Part shown: piece by piece, positions 61,257-64,000 of the stretch
Layout: each line of letters starts with the position of its first letter
Numbering within the stretch: the stretch's first letter is position 1
Source: Gammaproteobacteria bacterium
GTDB lineage: Bacteria > Pseudomonadota > Gammaproteobacteria > G965277405
DNA length: 64,000 nucleotides
Assembly (NCBI GenBank): GCA_965277405.1
Contig: OZ255726.1
Location: forward strand, 576,001 to 640,000
Direction: 5' to 3'
Notes under the pieces: generated by a model
What the model saw: the letters and a program-made list of their open reading frames with translations, nothing else
Databases searched by the model: none
Told to the model about the DNA's origin: nothing
Position numbers and translations under genes: made by a program

Positions 61257-61865
61257 CCAAGTGTCATGGATAAATTGCTTGCGACCTGAGTGGTAGCTAT
61301 AAAACTTATAGCGTAATGGATTTTTTAGATAATAATCTTGATGGTATTTTTCGGCTGTATAAAATGGTCTAATGCCAAGAATCTTGGTCACTATAGCGTC
61401 GTCAAACTTGCCGCTCCTTGCAAGTTGTTGCTTTGATGCTGCGGCAATGCTCCGTTGTTGCGTTGTTGGAAAAATAGCTGTGGCGTATTGGCTCCCCCTA
61501 TCAACAAATTGTCCCCCTACTTGCGTTGGGTCAATATTTCGCCAAAAAATGTCGAGTATTTGTGCATAACTAATGATAGCTGGATTGTATATTACTGCTA
61601 CTGCTTCCACGTGGCCTGTATTACCACTCGAGGTTGATTGGTATGTTGGGTCTAATGTGGTCCCGCCTGTATAGCCAACAATCGTATCTACTACGCCATC
61701 AATACTATCAAATGGCGGTTGCATACACCAAAAACAGCCACCAGCTAACACCGCAACTTGCAGATTATTTTTTAAATAGTTTGAAAAATCAAGTGGTGCT
61801 GCAACTGCAAACGCTGCATACAACATCAATCCAGATGCAGCAGTTTGGACAATATATTTTCTCAT
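61242..61865 (-). CDS. msrA: Peptide-methionine (S)-S-oxide reductase, with predicted signal peptide
   Basis: AGGCFWC, GYTGG, TGHVEAV, DPT...QFVDRG.QY and AEKYHQDYY motifs. Confidence 0.95.
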   Translation of the reverse strand: MRKYIVQTAASGLMLYAAFAVAAPLDFSNYLKNNLQVAVLAGGCFWCMQPPFDSIDGVVDTIVGYTGGTTLDPTYQSTSSGNTGHVEAVAVIYNPAIISYAQILDIFWRNIDPTQVGGQFVDRGSQYATAIFPTTQQRSIAAASKQQLARSGKFDDAIVTKILGIRPFYTAEKYHQDYYLKNPLRYKFYSYHSGRKQFIHDTWGSSD

Positions 61866-62014
61866 TGATGCTCACAATATAGCCTATAATGACGGTGCGA
61901 CAATATGCAGATCTGCAAATTACCCTAGTTCATCCACCACGGATGTATATAGGCTGTTGCCCCTCAATCAATACTGGAATTCCTGTATTGCCCTGCGACG
62001 AACATTGACGATGT

Positions 62015-64000
62015 ATGACAGATGCTGCACTGATTAGCAAAGTTTGCGCTTTGAGCAACTACGTGCACACGCAGTACAAAGCTCACCCAATTGATACTGC
62101 AGCCTCGATCAACAGCGCCGCACACACAGCCATTACAGCAAAATATTTAGCGCAACAGTTTCCGCAATATAGCCAACAGTACCATTCTTTGGCGACAGCT
62201 GTAGCAAACATCAAGCCTGCCCTGCGCAGATTTCGCCATACAATTATGGTGCAAATCATCACCCGCCTATATTTACAGACCACACCGTTTACCCAACATC
62301 TTGCTGAGATCACGGCATTAGCGGATTGCTGCCTACAACAGACGCTTACGTTATTACAACAAGCGTATAATCGGCAAGTAGGCATCTCATGCGCTACTGC
62401 AGGTGATCAGCAGCAGCTATTGGTGATTGGTATGGGAAAACTTGGTGCGCAACAACTCAACATTTCGTCTGATATTGATTTGATTTTCTGCCATCCAGCA
62501 AGTGGCGCAACACGCCCAGGACTCGATAGCCACACGTATTGTATCCGTCTCGGTCAAGCATTGATTCAATGCCTTGATGACCATACAGCTGAAGGCATTG
62601 TATTTCGGGTTGATATGCGGTTGCGTCCATATGGGCAAAGCGGCGCTTTAGTGGTGAGTTTTGCCCAGCTTCAACGCTATTATCAAGAGCAAGCGCGACC
62701 GTGGGAGCGGCTGGCAATGACCCGTGCCCGTGTTATAACAGGTAGTCGTACCCATACTGTTGCGCTTGAATCAATCATTCAAAAATTTGTATATCGAAAA
62801 TATATTGATTACAGCGTTATCGCCAGCTTGCGTGCTATCAAGCAGTCCATCCGCCAGCAAAATAATGAACAAGATAACAATATTAAGCTTGGCACTGGCG
62901 GTATTCGTGAAGTTGAATTTTTGGTGCAGACTTATCAATTGATGTACGGTGGTCAACACATCAAATTACAAAAAACCAGCACAACACAGTTGCTGGATGA
63001 CTTGCAGTCGTTAGGGTTGATTGACAGCAAACTTACCACTGCGCTCAAGCATGACTATTTATATCTGCGGCAAATTGAACACGTGCTGCAAGCACAAAAC
63101 GACGCACAAACGCATCAAATTCCCTTGGTTACGGACACCGAGCAATGGCGACTTATTGCAGCTACTATCGGCTGTGCTGCAGCGGATGTGCAGCAACACA
63201 TTGCGCATGTGCGCAAGCAAATATCACAGGCGTTTGATAATTTGGTGCTTGGTGAAGATGCGCATTCACAACGCAAATTACCTGCACTACCACCTGTGTT
63301 ACACAGTACTTGGCGGCACGGTCTAACTGCTGAATTGTTGCAGTTACATACAGGTTGGAAAAACAACCGTTTGCTCCACCAATGCACGTTATATGGGCTC
63401 AATTTTATTAACAAAATCGTTCCTGCAGCACATATAGCCGTCGCCCAGACGCGGTTATTTAATTTGTTGCATGCAATTAGGAATCGCAGCGTATATGCCT
63501 CGATGTTGATTGAAAATCAGCATATGTATGAGCTGTATTGCAAGTTGATTGCATCCAGTAATTGGTTGAGTCAAATTACCATTCGCGCCCCAAGTATTCT
63601 GGATGTTCTCATTCGTCAAACTGCATTGTATACAACGCTATCCAGCAGCGAGCTAACAGCGCGGCTACGGGAAATGACAACTTCATTTCCTGACGGTGAT
63701 GACGAGCAAGCGATGGAGTTAATGCGTTTATTCGTGTTGCGCTATCAATTGCAGTTTGGTGTTGCACAAATTCTCGGTACACTACCATTGATAAAAATTA
63801 GTGATGCCTTAACAGCATTGGCTGAATCAACAATTGACTTAGCCTTGCAACTTGCGTGGCAGTACACCATACGAAAATATGGCAACCTGCCAAATTGTAG
63901 CGATCAAGTTGCGGCTAATTTTGCCGTGATTGCCTATGGTAAATTAGCAGGGAAAGAATTGAGTTTCACCTCCGACCTTGACATAGTATTCGTCTACGAT
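62015..64000 (+). CDS. glnE: Glutamine synthetase adenylyltransferase/adenylyl-removing enzyme, 3' end runs off the window
   Basis: Frame from ATG 62015: LRRFRH, VIGMGKLGAQQLNISSDIDLIF, FRVDMRLRPYG, WERLAM, IKLGTGGIREVEF, and a second AYGKLAGKELSFTSDLDIVF. Confidence 0.93.
   Translation, partial: MTDAALISKVCALSNYVHTQYKAHPIDTAASINSAAHTAITAKYLAQQFPQYSQQYHSLATAVANIKPALRRFRHTIMVQIITRLYLQTTPFTQHLAEITALADCCLQQTLTLLQQAYNRQVGISCATAGDQQQLLVIGMGKLGAQQLNISSDIDLIFCHPASGATRPGLDSHTYCIRLGQALIQCLDDHTAEGIVFRVDMRLRPYGQSGALVVSFAQLQRYYQEQARPWERLAMTRARVITGSRTHTVALESIIQKFVYRKYIDYSVIASLRAIKQSIRQQNNEQDNNIKLGTGGIREVEFLVQTYQLMYGGQHIKLQKTSTTQLLDDLQSLGLIDSKLTTALKHDYLYLRQIEHVLQAQNDAQTHQIPLVTDTEQWRLIAATIGCAAADVQQHIAHVRKQISQAFDNLVLGEDAHSQRKLPALPPVLHSTWRHGLTAELLQLHTGWKNNRLLHQCTLYGLNFINKIVPAAHIAVAQTRLFNLLHAIRNRSVYASMLIENQHMYELYCKLIASSNWLSQITIRAPSILDVLIRQTALYTTLSSSELTARLREMTTSFPDGDDEQAMELMRLFVLRYQLQFGVAQILGTLPLIKISDALTALAESTIDLALQLAWQYTIRKYGNLPNCSDQVAANFAVIAYGKLAGKELSFTSDLDIVFVYD

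Noticed and set aside
62083-63414. Short ORFs listed in the track on both strands
   Set aside because: They overlap the open glnE frame starting at 62015, which the track omits, presumably because it has no stop in the window.

Overview
Window from a proteobacterial (gamma/beta-like gene set) chromosome. The left 21 kb is mostly housekeeping (murJ, lnt, corC, ybeY, fba, ParA-like, TlpA, thrB, GT39, degenerate ABC ATPase, tRNA-Pro, icd, GT9, lldD, pabB, pncC, DUF3426, accC, accB). The dominant feature is a 28.7-kb ORF (20925-49625, minus) encoding a 9566-aa predicted lipoprotein. It has about 92 two-cysteine putative-Ig domains (counted by hand), whose sub-segments appear combinatorially shuffled. 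After them come a polybasic furin/kexin-type linker and a C-terminal S8 subtilase plus P-domain in which the catalytic Ser is replaced by Arg, so it looks like a pseudo-protease on a very long stalk. The right part carries an hsdM relic, potABCD, comEA, frcBCAK, msrA and a partial glnE. A frameshifted IS5-family element (17744-18972) shares terminal inverted repeats (TIRs) with a family of ~285-bp structured MITEs and 52-bp mini-derivatives. These sit next to stop codons, supply new C-termini to msrA and pabB, and nest inside each other. All calls are from motif recognition by eye; no database searches were run.
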